Origin: Octopus sinensis
Lineage: Eukaryota
Direction of reading: 5' to 3'
Length of the DNA: 64,000 nt
Assembly (NCBI RefSeq): GCF_006345805.1
Contig: NC_043004.1
Span: 37,510,001 to 37,574,000 of the forward strand
Shown: positions 36,514-48,587 of the stretch, in pieces
Layout: each line of letters opens with the position of its first letter
How positions within the stretch are numbered: the first letter of the stretch is position 1
Notes under the pieces: model-generated
Seen by the model: the letters and a program-made list of their open reading frames with translations, nothing else
Database searches by the model: none
Told to the model about the DNA's origin: nothing
Position numbers and translations under genes: made by a program

Positions 36514-38059
36514 TTAGCTTTCGATGGAAACTCCTTCATGTACTGTTCTATTTATTACTATCTTAACTATTCAAATTGGGATGCCACTTGTATAATGATC
36601 AATAGCTTTGGACCTGATGCTATTCAATCTTCTTTATCACCCATGCTGTTACAAAGTGGCTTAAAAAAGACCCCCCAACCCAGTTTCAATTACTGTACAA
36701 CTTCTCCCATTAAACAGCTCAACAGCTGGGACTGAGCTAACTAGATTTTATAACAGTTTACTTATGGAAGCACCGAGTACTCTTTTTGTATAGCTATAAG
36801 CCTTGATCTCAAATATAAATATGTAGGTACATCACATGAGTAGGTGAGCAAATGAAAGAAAGCAGCACTCAACATTGTTGTAGTTTTATGTATTTAATAA
36901 CATGTTGACTCAACTTTTCTTTAAAAAGTCATGGATGTAGAAAACATGCATGTCCTCATAAGTATGGAGTCAGAGTGGAGAGAATTTAAAATGGTTTCAC
37001 AGTGGCAATATTTAGGCCTCCATTGGTCAGTTCAGCTAGTCCACAACAGCAATTCTTGCATTTTTGCTCCATGCAGTTGATAGGATGGATGTTAGTGTCA
37101 ATTGGTACTCCACGGAGAATGGCAATTCAGCAACATCAGTTACTATTTCATTTGGTGGTATCAAGTTACATATCAGTATGTGTTGTTCATGGTTACTTGC
37201 TATAAATACATGATAGTACATGGAATAGGAGATAATCTTGCTGGGGATAACAAGGATCACAGTTGTGAAATTTCTGAGTTATCAGTGGCCAACAGTTTAA
37301 AGCTCATTAACAAGGTGTATCCTTGGAAGTGACTGCAATAGGATGGATACTATATGTAGTTGACAACTGTGAACACAAGATGTGTCAGGAGGGGTCCTGG
37401 AGTTAAAATTGGTTACTTAGAATATTATGTACTTTGTTAAACCAATTCTGTTATCTATTACATTTTTGGCACCATGTCATTTCTATGCATGAGGCCTTTA
37501 ATAGAATATTTCTATCATTTCAGTGTTCTTACCAACTAAATTTTTCTGATAATGCTTCAAATTTTCAGTCTCAGCTGTGAGAATATTGTTCCCTTTTTCT
37601 TTATTTTTGTCTGTATAACTGCAATCAATATTTCAAATTTTTTTTTATTAATTTCAAAACAATCGTTTTTTTTAGTCTATACAATATCAGTAATATTACT
37701 ATGTTTGTTGCAGTTAAAAGTAACAGACATCATTATTAACATGAGGCACCCATTATTGAAGTTGAAAGCAGAAACATTAGGGATAGTCACTGAAATGCTG
37801 AAAATATCCAACAAAATGTGCTACTTATCATACTCTGTGACTGACACAGATTTGGTCAGCTTGGGGCTATAGTAGGAGATATTTGCCTGAGGTGCCATTC
37901 AGTGAAACTAAACCTGAACCCAGGTAGTTGGGAAAGAAATTTCTTCACCTTACAGCCAAACCCAAGAAAACGTATTCAACCCATGGAAGCATGGAAAAAA
38001 AAATGAGGATGATGAGACTATTTTAGCACAACAATCTCATAATTTGATAATCTTAGTTA

Positions 38060-38285
38060 TTATTTCAGTTCATCAGAGATGTCAACTTGTTTAAAAAGCA
38101 GATTTAATTTTTCTTCCAAGCATGCCTTCTCAGCTTGTTTTTCAGCTAATGTTATGTTCAATAAATTAAAACTTGCAGGCAATTTTTCATAGACTGACAA
38201 TTTCGTTTGAATTGTGGAAGTTAATCTCTGCAATTTGGATACCTCCTGAGAATTTTTCTCTAAATGTCCATGATGTAGATAAGAT
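38060..38285 (-). CDS. HAUS1: HAUS1-like exon 2 ((K)SYLHHGHLEK...LSVYEKLPASFNL...DISDELK*)
   Basis: Aligns by eye to the HAUS1 C-terminus (LSHQSL...KLESYLDLMPNPSLAQVKIEEAKRE); tttttcag| acceptor, phase 2 matches the exon-1 donor. Confidence 0.75.
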
Positions 38286-38714
38286 CTGAAAAACAAATGT
38301 GAAGATCATTTACCTATAAGACAAGAATAAAATCAGAAGTCAAACTAACATGTCTTAATCAAATATACAAAGATACTGTAAATAAAAATTATATCATGCT
38401 GAAACCTTAACCAAAATTTGGTAGACCAAATTAGTATAAATTTACTCAATAAGACTATATACAATTATAAATAAGTGGAACATATCAAAATTATTGGTAA
38501 TTAGCACTACATGTATGCACACTTATTTAGGGGTCGCTGGGCCAGGCCAAAATTGTATTTAGGGTCATGACCAAAAAAGTTTGGGTATAGAGGGCATTAT
38601 CAAGCTTATTGAAAATATGAAATTTACTAATTGCACCAATAGCCTTCAAAAGTTATTTAAAGCAGTATTTCAAGTCCTTTGAATCTATTTATACAAGAAG
38701 ATAGAACTAAAATC

Positions 38715-39110
38715 ATGTAGGGGCCAGTCAGGCAGTACTACCAACGGCCACACTCAAATGGCATTTTTACATGTCACCTGCACAGGTGCTAGTCTAGTGG
38801 CACTGGCAACACCCTTGCTTGAATGTTGTTTTTCACATACCACCAGCACAAGTGGTAGTAAGGCGATGCTGGTAACGATCACGATCAGATGGTGCTCTTA
38901 GCGCAGCACTAGCACGGATACCAGTCATGTGGTGCTATCATCGAATTTGATTTCGATTTCACTTGCTTCAACAGGTCTTCGCAAGCAGAGTTTAGTGTCC
39001 AATGAAAGTAAGGTACGCTTAAGTGGGCTGGTTACACCACGGATTATCGTCTCACTTGGCTTGCTGGGTCTTCTCAAGCAAAGCATATTTCCAATGGTCT
39101 CAGTCACTAG
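38715..39110 (-). mobile_element. RTE 3'-region fragment (continues at about 39663-39715)
   Basis: 3' UTR repeat units and agcatatttccaatggtctc; the gatcat/ctagcttcatttctttcaag segment resumes after the MITE. Confidence 0.65.
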
Positions 39111-39126
39111 TCAGTGACTAATTAGA

Positions 39127-39662
39127 GTACTACTAGCGAACAGTGCGCGCATCTGCGCTAGCTAGTCATGACTAGTCAATCCATACCCTGTGTTTTTGTG
39201 TGTTACTCTTTTACTTGTTTCAGCCATTTGACTGCGGCCATGCTGGAGCACCGCCTTTAGTCGAGCAAATCGACCCCCTATTGTTTGTAAGTCTAGTACT
39301 TATTCTATCAGTCTCTTTTGACGTTAACACACCAGCATCGATTGTCAAGCGATGTTGGGGGTACAAACTGACACAAACACACATAAATATATACATATAT
39401 AAGACGGGCTTCTCTCAGTTTCAGTCAAACCAAATCCACTCACAAGGCTTTGGTCGGCCCGAGGCTATAGTAGAAGACACTTGCCCAAGGTGCCACGCAG
39501 TGGGACTGAACCCGGAACCATGTGGTTGGTGAGCAAGCTACTTACCACACAACCACTCCTACGCCTATGTTATTTACTTTGCTAGGTAGTCGTTGTAGGA
39601 TCAACTAGTCACGACTAGCTAGCTCGACTGCGCGTACCGGGACCGCTGTTCGGTAGTAGTAC
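39127..39662. mobile_element. MITE-like element (about 60-bp imperfect TIRs) interrupted by a SINE
   Basis: gtactactagcgaacag...gctagctagtcatgactagtcaatcc (39127-39183) vs ggatcaactagtcacgactagctagc...ctgttcggtagtagtac (39598-39662). Confidence 0.7.
39200..39567 (-). mobile_element. tRNA-derived SINE (about 400-bp family)
   Basis: Near full-length homolog of 15436-15832. Confidence 0.9.
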
Positions 39663-40196
39663 CTCATACTAGCTTCATTTCTTTCAAGCCGATGCATGAC
39701 CTCAGCACTCACAGTGGTCAATGGGAACAGAAAAAAAAATTAAACAAGCCTGGTGGGTGTTAGCAATTATGTAGAAAGTGAATATGAAAGAAAAAATGCG
39801 CGATGACGACCCTGCGGTGGGGAAGGGACATTCGGAAAATTCACAAGATCCGATTCAATATATGGTACTATTTAAGAAGTACCTAAATATATATAAAATA
39901 TATTTTACGGAATGCCACGATTTTGGTTATGGAGGATCCGATTCTGGGGGTAAAAATTTAAATCGCATTTTCAAAATTTAAATCCACCCCCCACCCTTCA
40001 TTTTTCCGTAAATAAGTTTTAAAAAAAAATTATTTCACACGAATTACTTTGTCATATTACTTCGGGAAATTGCTCTGAAAGAAATCTTTGCAGAAAGGTG
40101 AGTAGATTGATTACATTATGTTAATGCAGTTTTGTGAGATTTGGCTGTTATTTCTAGCATATGGATAGCCTGCTTTGACGGCCTGAGTGTATATTC

Positions 40197-40522
40197 ATTC
40201 TTTTATTTTACTTGTTTCAGTCATTTGACTGCGGTCATGCTGGAGCACCGCCTTTGGTCGAGCAAATCTTTCGAAGCCTAGTAATTATTCTATCGGTGTC
40301 TTTTGCCGAACTGCTAAGTTACGGTTACATAAACACACCAGCATCGGTTGTCAAGCGATGGTGAGTGGACAAACACACACACATATGTATATACATATAT
40401 ATGATGGGCTTCTTTCAGTTTCCAAATCCACTCACAAGGATTTGGTCGGCCCGAGGCTATAATAGAAGACACTCGCCCAAGGTGCCACGCAGTTGGACTG
40501 AACCTGGAACCATGTGGTTGGT
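40197..40522 (-). mobile_element. tRNA-derived SINE (about 400-bp family), slightly 5'-truncated
   Basis: Homologous to 39200-39567. Confidence 0.85.
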
Positions 40523-41125
40523 TGAAATTTTACAAATTTTATTATTTTTCTACGTATTTCGCAAATATAAAAAAAAATTAAAATTCCGGGAAAAGTGAGA
40601 AATGAAGGGGCAGGGGTAATTGAAATGTTGGAGGGAATGAGGGAAACTGTGGAAGAGGTAGAGCCAGGAAGACTTGGGATAAGGTGGTGAAGCATCCGAT
40701 GGATGTGTTATGTCAGCGTGCAAGAGAGACGACTATGCTGCTATGGTGATGTGTTGTATATGGATGAGAACGGCTGTTCTTATCAAATGTGGAGCAAGCC
40801 CTATCTTTCGAGGAAATGGTATGTGTCTAAAAATACGGTTTGCTTAAAATACCGAGACGAAATATTGTTTAAAAATTCTGAAATCCCCTATACTGAAAGA
40901 TTACCCTGTTTGTAATTAAATACTTAATTACCCATCTCCTCGTAATATAAACAATATTTAGCTCCCTATTGTAAACAATATTTTGTTTTGCTATTATGCA
41001 TTCTCTCGAAAATAAGCTGTGATTTTTAATATTTAGTTTTCAAACTTGCAAGTGCACAACCAGAACTTCAATCGTAAATAGTTTTGAACATAATTTTGTA
41101 GGAAAACCAAAAAAAAGATTCATAC

Positions 41126-41745
41126 TTAACGCCGGTTTCAGTTAATTTCTTGTTCTCTTGATTAAAGCGATTCTTATAGGAATTGTTCTTTGACGCAAAA
41201 TATTTACTCATTTTCATCTCTTCTTCTAATTTAGAAGAGGTCATTCTTTTACGTAAACAGTCAGTTGTTTCTATGAGTTGTTCGTTATCAATTTGGCCAC
41301 TGGTCGAGGAATTCAAGTCGAAAAGGCTTTGCTTGGAAGCAATGCCATCATTTTTCAAGAGAGCAAATTTTTGGTGCAAATACATTAATGCCATCATGTA
41401 ACAATTGTCACTGAAATTATCATTAATTTGATTGGAAAACAGTTTCTGGGCAAGTGTTGTCAATATTTTCAGATTACTAAAGCCAGACGTGTTTAGCAGA
41501 GCAGGAACGATTCCCAGATATTCTGTGGCTGCCTTGTAAGAGAACATTTCTTGTCGGTATTCCATGGTTTTGTCATGTAAATCGGATAATCTTAACACAT
41601 CATTTTTCTTTGAAATTTTGTTTATACACATCAGTTGCTTCAGTAGACACAAACTTCGATTATTAGCTTCATATAAATAATCCCCTTTCCCTAATATTTC
41701 CTGAAGCCATTCTTCAATTTCAAACGAACTTTCCACATCCGACAT
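41126..41745 (-). CDS. HAUS1: HAUS1-like (augmin subunit 1) exon 1 (MSDVESSFEIEEWLQEILG...LTETGV)
   Basis: IEEWLQEILG..YLYEANNRSLCLLKQL...SDLHDKTMEYRQE resembles HAUS1 VAAWLKKIFG..QYEVNPRTTEILHHL...EDLKQKASEYESE; donor AA|gtatga; spliced protein 281 aa (human 278 aa). An upstream in-frame ATG exists at 41793. Confidence 0.78.
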
Positions 41746-41761
41746 GATGAATGCAGTTGAA

Positions 41762-41870
41762 AATTTAAATCGCGCGCCGTCGGCAGTGCGCATGACACGA
41801 ATTGCGTCATCGCCATCAGATGCGCGATTTAAATTGCGTCATCGCCATCAGATGCGCGAGTTGACCAATC
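41762..41870 (-). promoter_or_regulatory. HAUS1 proximal promoter/5' UTR with GC-rich E2F-like, TTTAAA (CHR-like) and CCAAT motifs
   Basis: tcgcgcgcc, gcgcgatttaaa, tgcgcatg, ccaatcag (41865) directly upstream of the ATG; 28-bp tandem duplication and 14-bp inverted repeat. Confidence 0.55.
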
Positions 41871-42082
41871 AGAAGTGGTATCTTAGGTTAGGCGTGGTTA
41901 GTGCCAACAGCCTGGAGTCTATCAAGGCAAATTATAAATATTATTTTTGGAATTTCAACCAATTTCGATGTCAGCAGTCATAGTTATCCGAAAATATATA
42001 TAACGAAGATATGTATTGGTTTAGTTTATAGAACAAGTTTGTGAAGTTCATACAGTTCTATATTTAAGGGATGGGGAATTAT

Positions 42083-42244
42083 GCGCATTATTTACATTTG
42101 ACGGTTATTTGTCCTCATATTATTTGTTGTTAATGCAACGTTTCGGCTGATATCGGAATGAGAACCTGGATTCTCATTCGTAAGGTATTTTTTGTTGTTG
42201 ATTTTGTTGATGTCGTCGTCGTCGTTGTAGTTGTTGTTGTCGTC

Positions 42245-42297
<53 letters not shown>

Positions 42298-42510
42298 GCC
42301 GTGGGCATATGGCGTAGTGGTTAAGAGCGCGGGCTACTAATCCCAAAATTCCGAGTTCGATTCCAGGCAGTGACCTGAATAATAATAACATCGAAAAATA
42401 CCTTCCAGGTTCGAAATTTTCCCAAGACACCTGATGAAAGCTGGAGGGTATATCAGCCGAAACGTTGTGTTTGCAATAAGCAAGATGAGGACAAATATCT
42501 GTCAAGTGTA
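42083..42510. mobile_element. tRNA-Ser(GCT)-like SINE (+, 42302-42510) with a rearranged inverted partial copy (42083-42190), separated by (GTT/GTC/ATT)n
   Basis: Head GGGCATATGGCGTAGTGGTTAAGAGCGCGGGCTACTAATCCC...GAGTTCGATTCC has A/B boxes but no pairing acceptor stem; the tail cagccgaaacgttg...gaggacaaat appears in both orientations. Confidence 0.7.
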
Positions 42511-42679
42511 AATCTGTGAAGTTCCAAATACAAAATATTAATTATTCTTAAATAATGTTGTTGCTATGAACACCACATATACATTTTGAACTGCATGCGC
42601 GTGCACACACATGCATGCATGGTTAATTAATGTAGACCATACAGCTTTTGTATCCTGACTATGAATTCTCATTTGTACC

Positions 42680-44870
42680 TAGAAGTTTGGGATGAGGTTG
42701 GGCAGTCTGTGTGGAAGGGGAACTGAAGTGTGTGAGGAATTGAGGAAGGGGAGGGTGGATGTGTGCTGTGTGCAGGAGGTTAGGTGGAGTGGCCAGTGTG
42801 CAAGATTTGTGGGGGTTGAAGGAAGAAGGTACAAGTTGTAGTGTTTGGAAAATAGCTGGGGGACTGGAGGAGTTGGAGTTTTGGTGAAGGAAGAAATCTG
42901 TGAGAAGGTGGTGGAGGTCAGGGGAAAGAGTGACAGAGTGATGACAGTAATGTTAGCATTTGAGGAAGAAGTGGTGAAAGGTGATTTGTGGGTATGGTCT
43001 GCAAAGTGGAAGAGGGATCACTGAGAAAGAGCGGTTCTTTGATGAAATGGTGATTGAGTGGGACTTACATAGGGTAGATGAATTGGTTTTGGGCATGGGT
43101 GATTTTAATGGACATGTTGGGAAATGGATCCAGGGCTTTGAGGGTATGCATGGGGGAAATTGAATTGGGGAGAGAAATTTGGAAGGATGCTGTTGGAGTT
43201 TTGCGATGAAAAAGAATTTTGTGTGGCGAATACGTGGTTTAGGAAAACAGAAAAGGAATGTGGCTTTCAGTGCAGAAGGGAATGAGAAAGAGATTGATTT
43301 TGTGTTGGTTGGCAGGAAAAACAGAAAATATCTGAGAGAAGTGAAGACAATACCAAAGGGAGTTGCAGCACAGGTTGGTGGTTGCTAACTTGGATAAGAG
43401 GAAAGTTAAAAAGTGTGTGAGAAAGGGCATGGTTGAGAGGAGAAAGGTCTGAAACTGAAGGAAGAAGAAACATGAGCAAAGTTTGAGGAAAGAGATGGGG
43501 AGTTGGTAAGCATTGATGCACCGGATTTGTGGAAGTCTTTTAAAGATGGGGTACTAAAGGCATGTGATGAAGGGTAGGAGAGATTGAGGAAATACATGAT
43601 GGTGGAATGAGGAGGTGAGGGATGCGACAGCGAGGAAGGAGGCACACAAAGCTTTATGTAATAATAGGACTGAGCAAATGAAAGCCATGTATAATAGAAG
43701 AATCGTGTGAGGAGGGTGGTTGTGAGATTTATGAGTAAGGAGGCTAAGGAGAGGTTGAGCAGGTTGGATGAGAACTCAGATAGAGTGTTTATGTTTATTA
43801 AATCAATGTAAAAAATGGTGGAAGAGATGTTGAGGGCAGAAGATGCATGAGGGGGCAGTGATGAAAGGTTGGATTTTAGTGAGAAAGACAGGGGAAGAGT
43901 TTGGAAGGAATTATGAATGGGAGGGTGGAAGTTAATGTGATGAAGGGGCCAATGGAGAGGATTAGTCGGGAAGACGTAGTAGAGGCAATGAAGGAAATGA
44001 AAACAGGAAAGGCAGCTGGTCCATCAGACATAAGTGTTGAAATGATAACTGCAAGTGGAGAGATAGGGATTGTTGTGATGATGGAGTTCTGCCAGGGCAT
44101 GCTGGATGGAAGAGGAATGCCAGATGATTGGGCACTAAGTCTGGTGGTACAGATCTTCAAGGGGAAGGTGGATGCAATGAGTTGTGGGGCATATAAAGGA
44201 GTGAAGTTATTGGAGAATGCAATGAAGACAGTGGAAAGGGTATTGAAGAGGAGAATCCAGAAAGGGGTGGATGAGATGCAGGAAGGGGGACAATAGATTG
44301 CAGGAGGAATACCAAGATAAAGGGAAGGAGTTGTACTTGTGCTTCGTTGATCTGGAGAAGGCATTTGATAGGGTTCCAAGGAAGGTGATTGAGTGAGCAT
44401 TGAGAAAGAGAGGTGTAATAGAGGTAACAGTGAGAGCAGTGATGAGTGTGTATGAGGGGCTAAAGACAAGAGTGAGAATTGGATCAGAGCTGTCGGAGAA
44501 GTTTGTGGTGAAAGTTGGTGTGCATCAGGAATCTGTGTTGTCACCATTGTTGTTTGCAATAATGGTTGATGTGGTGACAGAGAGTGCAAAAGAGGGATTG
44601 ATAATGGAGATACTGTATGACCATGTTCTGATGAGTGAGAAGATGGAGGGAGAAGTCTTGGAAATGGAAGGTGTCATTTGAAAGCAAGGGTTTGAAGGTA
44701 AAACTCGGGAAGACAAAGGTGATGGTGAGTGGGGTGGAAGGTGAAGTATTAGTGGATAAGGTGGATCCATGTGGTGTATGTAGGAGGAGGGTAATGGCAA
44801 ATGCAATATTGCGTACGAGATGTGAGAAATGGATTCATGGTAGATGTACGAAAATGAAGGGTCGAGAGGT
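42680..44870 (+). mobile_element. Degenerate RTE LINE (endonuclease + RT)
   Basis: VDVCCVQEVRW, GMGDFNGHVG, IDFVLV, KTGKAAGPSD, IFKGKVDAMSCGAYKGVKLL, VGVHQESVLSPLLFAI; many stops. Confidence 0.9.
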
Positions 44871-45256
44871 TTATGTGAGATTTTTCGCCAACTTCTTACA
44901 ACTTTTCTTGTTGTACTGAAACCTGCGCTGTGAGTGAGATCTTCCTTTCGCTTCACTTCGTAAATTTTGCTCAGTTATAGTTTTACAAGATGGGCAACAC
45001 ATTTGTTTGGCCATGAGCACCAAGTTCCTGGCAATAACTTTCTGTTTTAACCTTTTTATAATACCTCTTTTACCACCGGAAATTTCCTTGAAATTTTATC
45101 AAAACAAAGCCGGCCAATATTCAATTTGACGGCCAGATTTTTTAATTAATTTTAATTTATTTTGTGTTAAAGTTGTCATATTTCGGTAATTTTAACCAAT
45201 CAATGGCGTGTACTCAGCTGAAGAAAATTAGTGCTGCTGTTTGCGACCAAGTCCAT

Positions 45257-45291
<35 letters not shown>

Positions 45292-45323
45292 ATATACATA
45301 CACTCACATTAATAAAAGACAGA

Positions 45324-45729
45324 GGATCTTTTCGGTTTGAAAGGCAGTTTTTTAAAATAATTTCCACGTAACTAAACACTTTTAAACTTCATATACTGGT
45401 AGAATGTGTTTATAAAACATCTTCTCTTGGCTTTATTGAGAAAATTCTATAGTTTGTAAGATATTTGTTGTTTTTTCTTCAATTTCTGCAATTTCAACCA
45501 ATCAATGACGTCTATTGAGGTAAAAAACATTCCGTGCCGTATGAATATGTCTCTCGTTTAAGAAACAGATTAGGTTTATTTACATTTGTGAAGAAAAAAG
45601 ATACCCTTCCCCCCACCCTAACCCTAAAACAGATTGAAATGCAATAGATCGATACTAGGGTCATAATTATGGGTGACAATTTCATATGACACAGCTAGAA
45701 AAAAACTGCCGTTCAAACCGAAAAGATCC
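45324..45729. mobile_element. MITE (406 bp) with 30-bp TIRs
   Basis: GGATCTTTTCGGTTTGAAAGGCAGTTTTTT ... AAAAAACTGCCGTTCAAACCGAAAAGATCC (one mismatch). Confidence 0.85.
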
Positions 45730-46120
45730 GAAGGGCAGATTCTTAACCCATTTAATTGGGTACTAAGATGTTTATAATTATGTCCATTGTTTTCAAAGGA
45801 GGATTATATTTAAACACTTGCCATATCAAAGTCATGGCAAGAATTATGTTTCTTGTTTGCAAGGGAGGTAATTTGAAAAGAAGTCTTGGTATTTTCGCAA
45901 ATCTTGGCTGGTAGAGTTACTTCCCTTAGAAAAAGATATATATTTATCAATTTTTAAGTGAGAATTTTGCCTTGAAATATCTTAAATGTGGCAGGCACAA
46001 TGTATGGACCCAAGGGTACGGAGGTGAAATAGAATCAGACGGAATTTTAACTCGGGACATAAAGTCTGACAAAATATAACACTATTTCATGTATTTTTCT
46101 TTAATACACGCACACACACG
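45730..46120 (+). repeat. Diverged direct repeat, copy 1 (copy 2 at 48185-48565)
   Basis: Shared collinear blocks gggcagattcttaacccattta, ggaggtaatttgaaaagaagtctt, ttacttcccttagaa, aatttttaagtgaga, cataaagtct. Confidence 0.85.
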
Positions 46121-46899
46121 TGTGTGGATATAACTATATATCTGCATGTGTGTGTGTGTGTGTAGTGTTTCCAGGAAGGTGTGTGTGTGTTGGGCGTTTG
46201 TACGTGTGCACGCGTGTGTATCTATATATATGTATGTATGTATGTGTCTTAGCGTGAGGTGTACGTTTAGGGCTATAGGGTTAGTTGTCTTCTTTCTCGT
46301 ACACGATTACTTCGACATAGGTTCACCTTGTTCGTCTTACAGCTGCTACTCGTCATTCACCTTGTCCCCTCCATCTCTGTACTTTACTCTTTTCTTCCCT
46401 AATAAGTCTTGTTCCTTTCGCGACGTAGAAGACATCTTATATCTCACGTCTCTCGGTAACAAATATTCGATCATGCTCCATTCCCTACTACAATAGGAGA
46501 AATGTAACCAAGGAAGGCAACATGTAGCTCTTCTACTGTTAATCACAAGATATAGTGATTTCCTGTTACACTTATTCGTGAAGATACTATATTTACATCA
46601 TGAAAAGGACTAGTGGTTACATAATAATATCAGTTGCTGCCTAAGGAGAAGATATTTCTAATATCTCTTGTTACTTGTGTGTGGTTCAAATTTTTTTTCA
46701 GCCTTGTTTGTGAGATTCAGAAGTAAAGAAATAGTGGTTAAAGAAGTAGGAAACAGAACGGTTTCTACTGTTTGTCAGTGCATTCGATACCGTAATGTTC
46801 GCGAATTCGAGAATCCCCCTTCTACTAGCAGTTAAAATTTTATTTGTTGATCCTTTTATTCCTCTACCTCATGCTTTGCTTTATAGACGTCACTGCCCA

Positions 46900-48110
46900 T
46901 CGGACTGCCTGGCAACAGGCCGTTCCAATCAAAGTCTCACCCGAGTATGACCACCGTCCTGTCATCTCCGCAGATGGAAGTAACGAGTTATGAACTTACT
47001 TTGAGCTGAGATGTTCAGACTACAAACAAGCCAATGGACTTAGGTGTAACGACGTAGTCTTCCAGTTTCTCGAATGCTGCAATGAGACCTTCAGAAAAGA
47101 TCTCACATGGACGTTCGGTACACTGGCCTCTAGCGATGAGGGAACAGTCCTCATTCACATTCAGTCCATGACTGTCCGCCAAGAAAATATGATGGGCGTT
47201 TGTGTGCAGGTATGGCAAATGCGCCTGGATCGAAACGAACCTGTTAGGACATTTGCTGCATGTCTTGGATGGCAGTCATGTGTCTGTAACTTTGATGTTG
47301 AATGCCGCCAGGAGGCCTTGCATGCCACGATTGATTATAGTGACGTCATAGTTTGCGATGCTCTTTGTACGTGTGTTGGAGGACGAGGAAATCCGCCTTG
47401 ACACCATGGGTGACTCCAAGTAAGAGATGACCTTGGAAGAAGCCCCGAAGTACGTCGAGAAAAAAAGTGCAAAAGGCTCAGCCAGCCACATCATGGGCAC
47501 TTCCTCAATCACCGCGGCCTCCAGTTCATATAGGCACCAGGTGTAGCGTTTGGTCAATAAATCCGACAAACCCATGATACACCCACCGCAAATCCCTAAT
47601 GTCACTGCAGAAAACACGATTACAGACGTCATGTACAGGAACGCATGAAGAAATGTTCCGTCTACAGTCACAAATAGGCTACGTGTGGCATCCTGTATCA
47701 CTATGAGAATGTCTTCCACCGATAACGCTGTCCTCATCAGCAAGTTCCAACCAACGCAGCTGACACGGAAGACCGCGCATCTGCAATATGCAACAGCCTG
47801 TGGTCGACCTCCCTAACGAATCCTCTACCCTACCAACAATTCTTGACATCATGTGTATAATGAACCCTGCGATTCTTGGATAAAATTCTCTTCCGACCCT
47901 ATCCCTTTGTCACTACATTCATTCATGCCGACGCATGTGCCACGAAGGAATCGGGTTTCGCCACTTCCCTTTCACGACCGGCCGAAGCTCTCCGTCACAA
48001 CACTATGGCAGACACTGGATGCCAGTCGTGCCTGGCTGGATGAAGTCTATCGAAACAGGGCCTGGACCAGCGTTAACGTAAACGATGGTATCTGCTTTGT
48101 ATTAACATCG
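46900..48110 (+). mobile_element. Degenerate Gypsy-type gag (to protease start) fragment
   Basis: + frames give HRPVISADGSNEL, VFQFLECCNETFRKDLT, TVRQENMMG..QMRLDRNEPVRTFAACL..QSCVCNF..IDYSDVIVCDAL, a pattern I recognise from invertebrate Gypsy Gag; GC-richer than flanks. Confidence 0.65.
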
Positions 48111-48184
48111 ATTGGAAAAAGGGAAAACAACCTATAGTATTACGTTCTGTTTAGAAAGGAAACGATTCAATGTATCCATCAGAA

Positions 48185-48554
48185 AGGGGCAGATTCTTAA
48201 CCCATTTAGTCCTTCCTGTGCCGTACCATTCCGCATAAATTGGGTATAAAGAAGTTTATAATTATGCCCATCGTTTTCAAAGAGAGATTATTAAACGCTT
48301 GCCTACATCCCTTAGGAGGTAATTTGAAAAGAAGTCTTCGCACTTTTCCAAATGTTAGTTGTTTGACTTACTTCCCTTAGAATGGGTATCGTATTTTTGA
48401 ATTTTTAAGTGAGATTTTTGCCTTTAAATATCGTAAATGTGTCAGGCATAGTGTATGGATCCAAGGGTGAAAAAGTGAAGTCGACTCTGACAGAAATGAA
48501 ACTCCGAACATAAAGTCTAACAAAGTACAACTAGTTCATGCACCTTTCTTAAAT

Positions 48555-48565
<11 letters not shown>
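48185..48565 (+). repeat. Diverged direct repeat, copy 2
   Basis: Collinear with 45730-46120. Confidence 0.85.

Positions 48566-48587
<22 letters not shown>

Noticed and set aside
36950-37340. Short ORFs downstream of HAUS1
   Set aside because: No convincing motif; likely UTR or a decayed repeat.
42302-42375. Functional tRNA gene
   Set aside because: The acceptor stem does not pair, the long Ser variable arm is missing, and it continues into a SINE body.
47276-47743. 155-aa hydrophobic - strand ORF as a membrane protein or viral insert
   Set aside because: It is antisense to the + strand Gypsy gag relic, which explains the GC content and openness.
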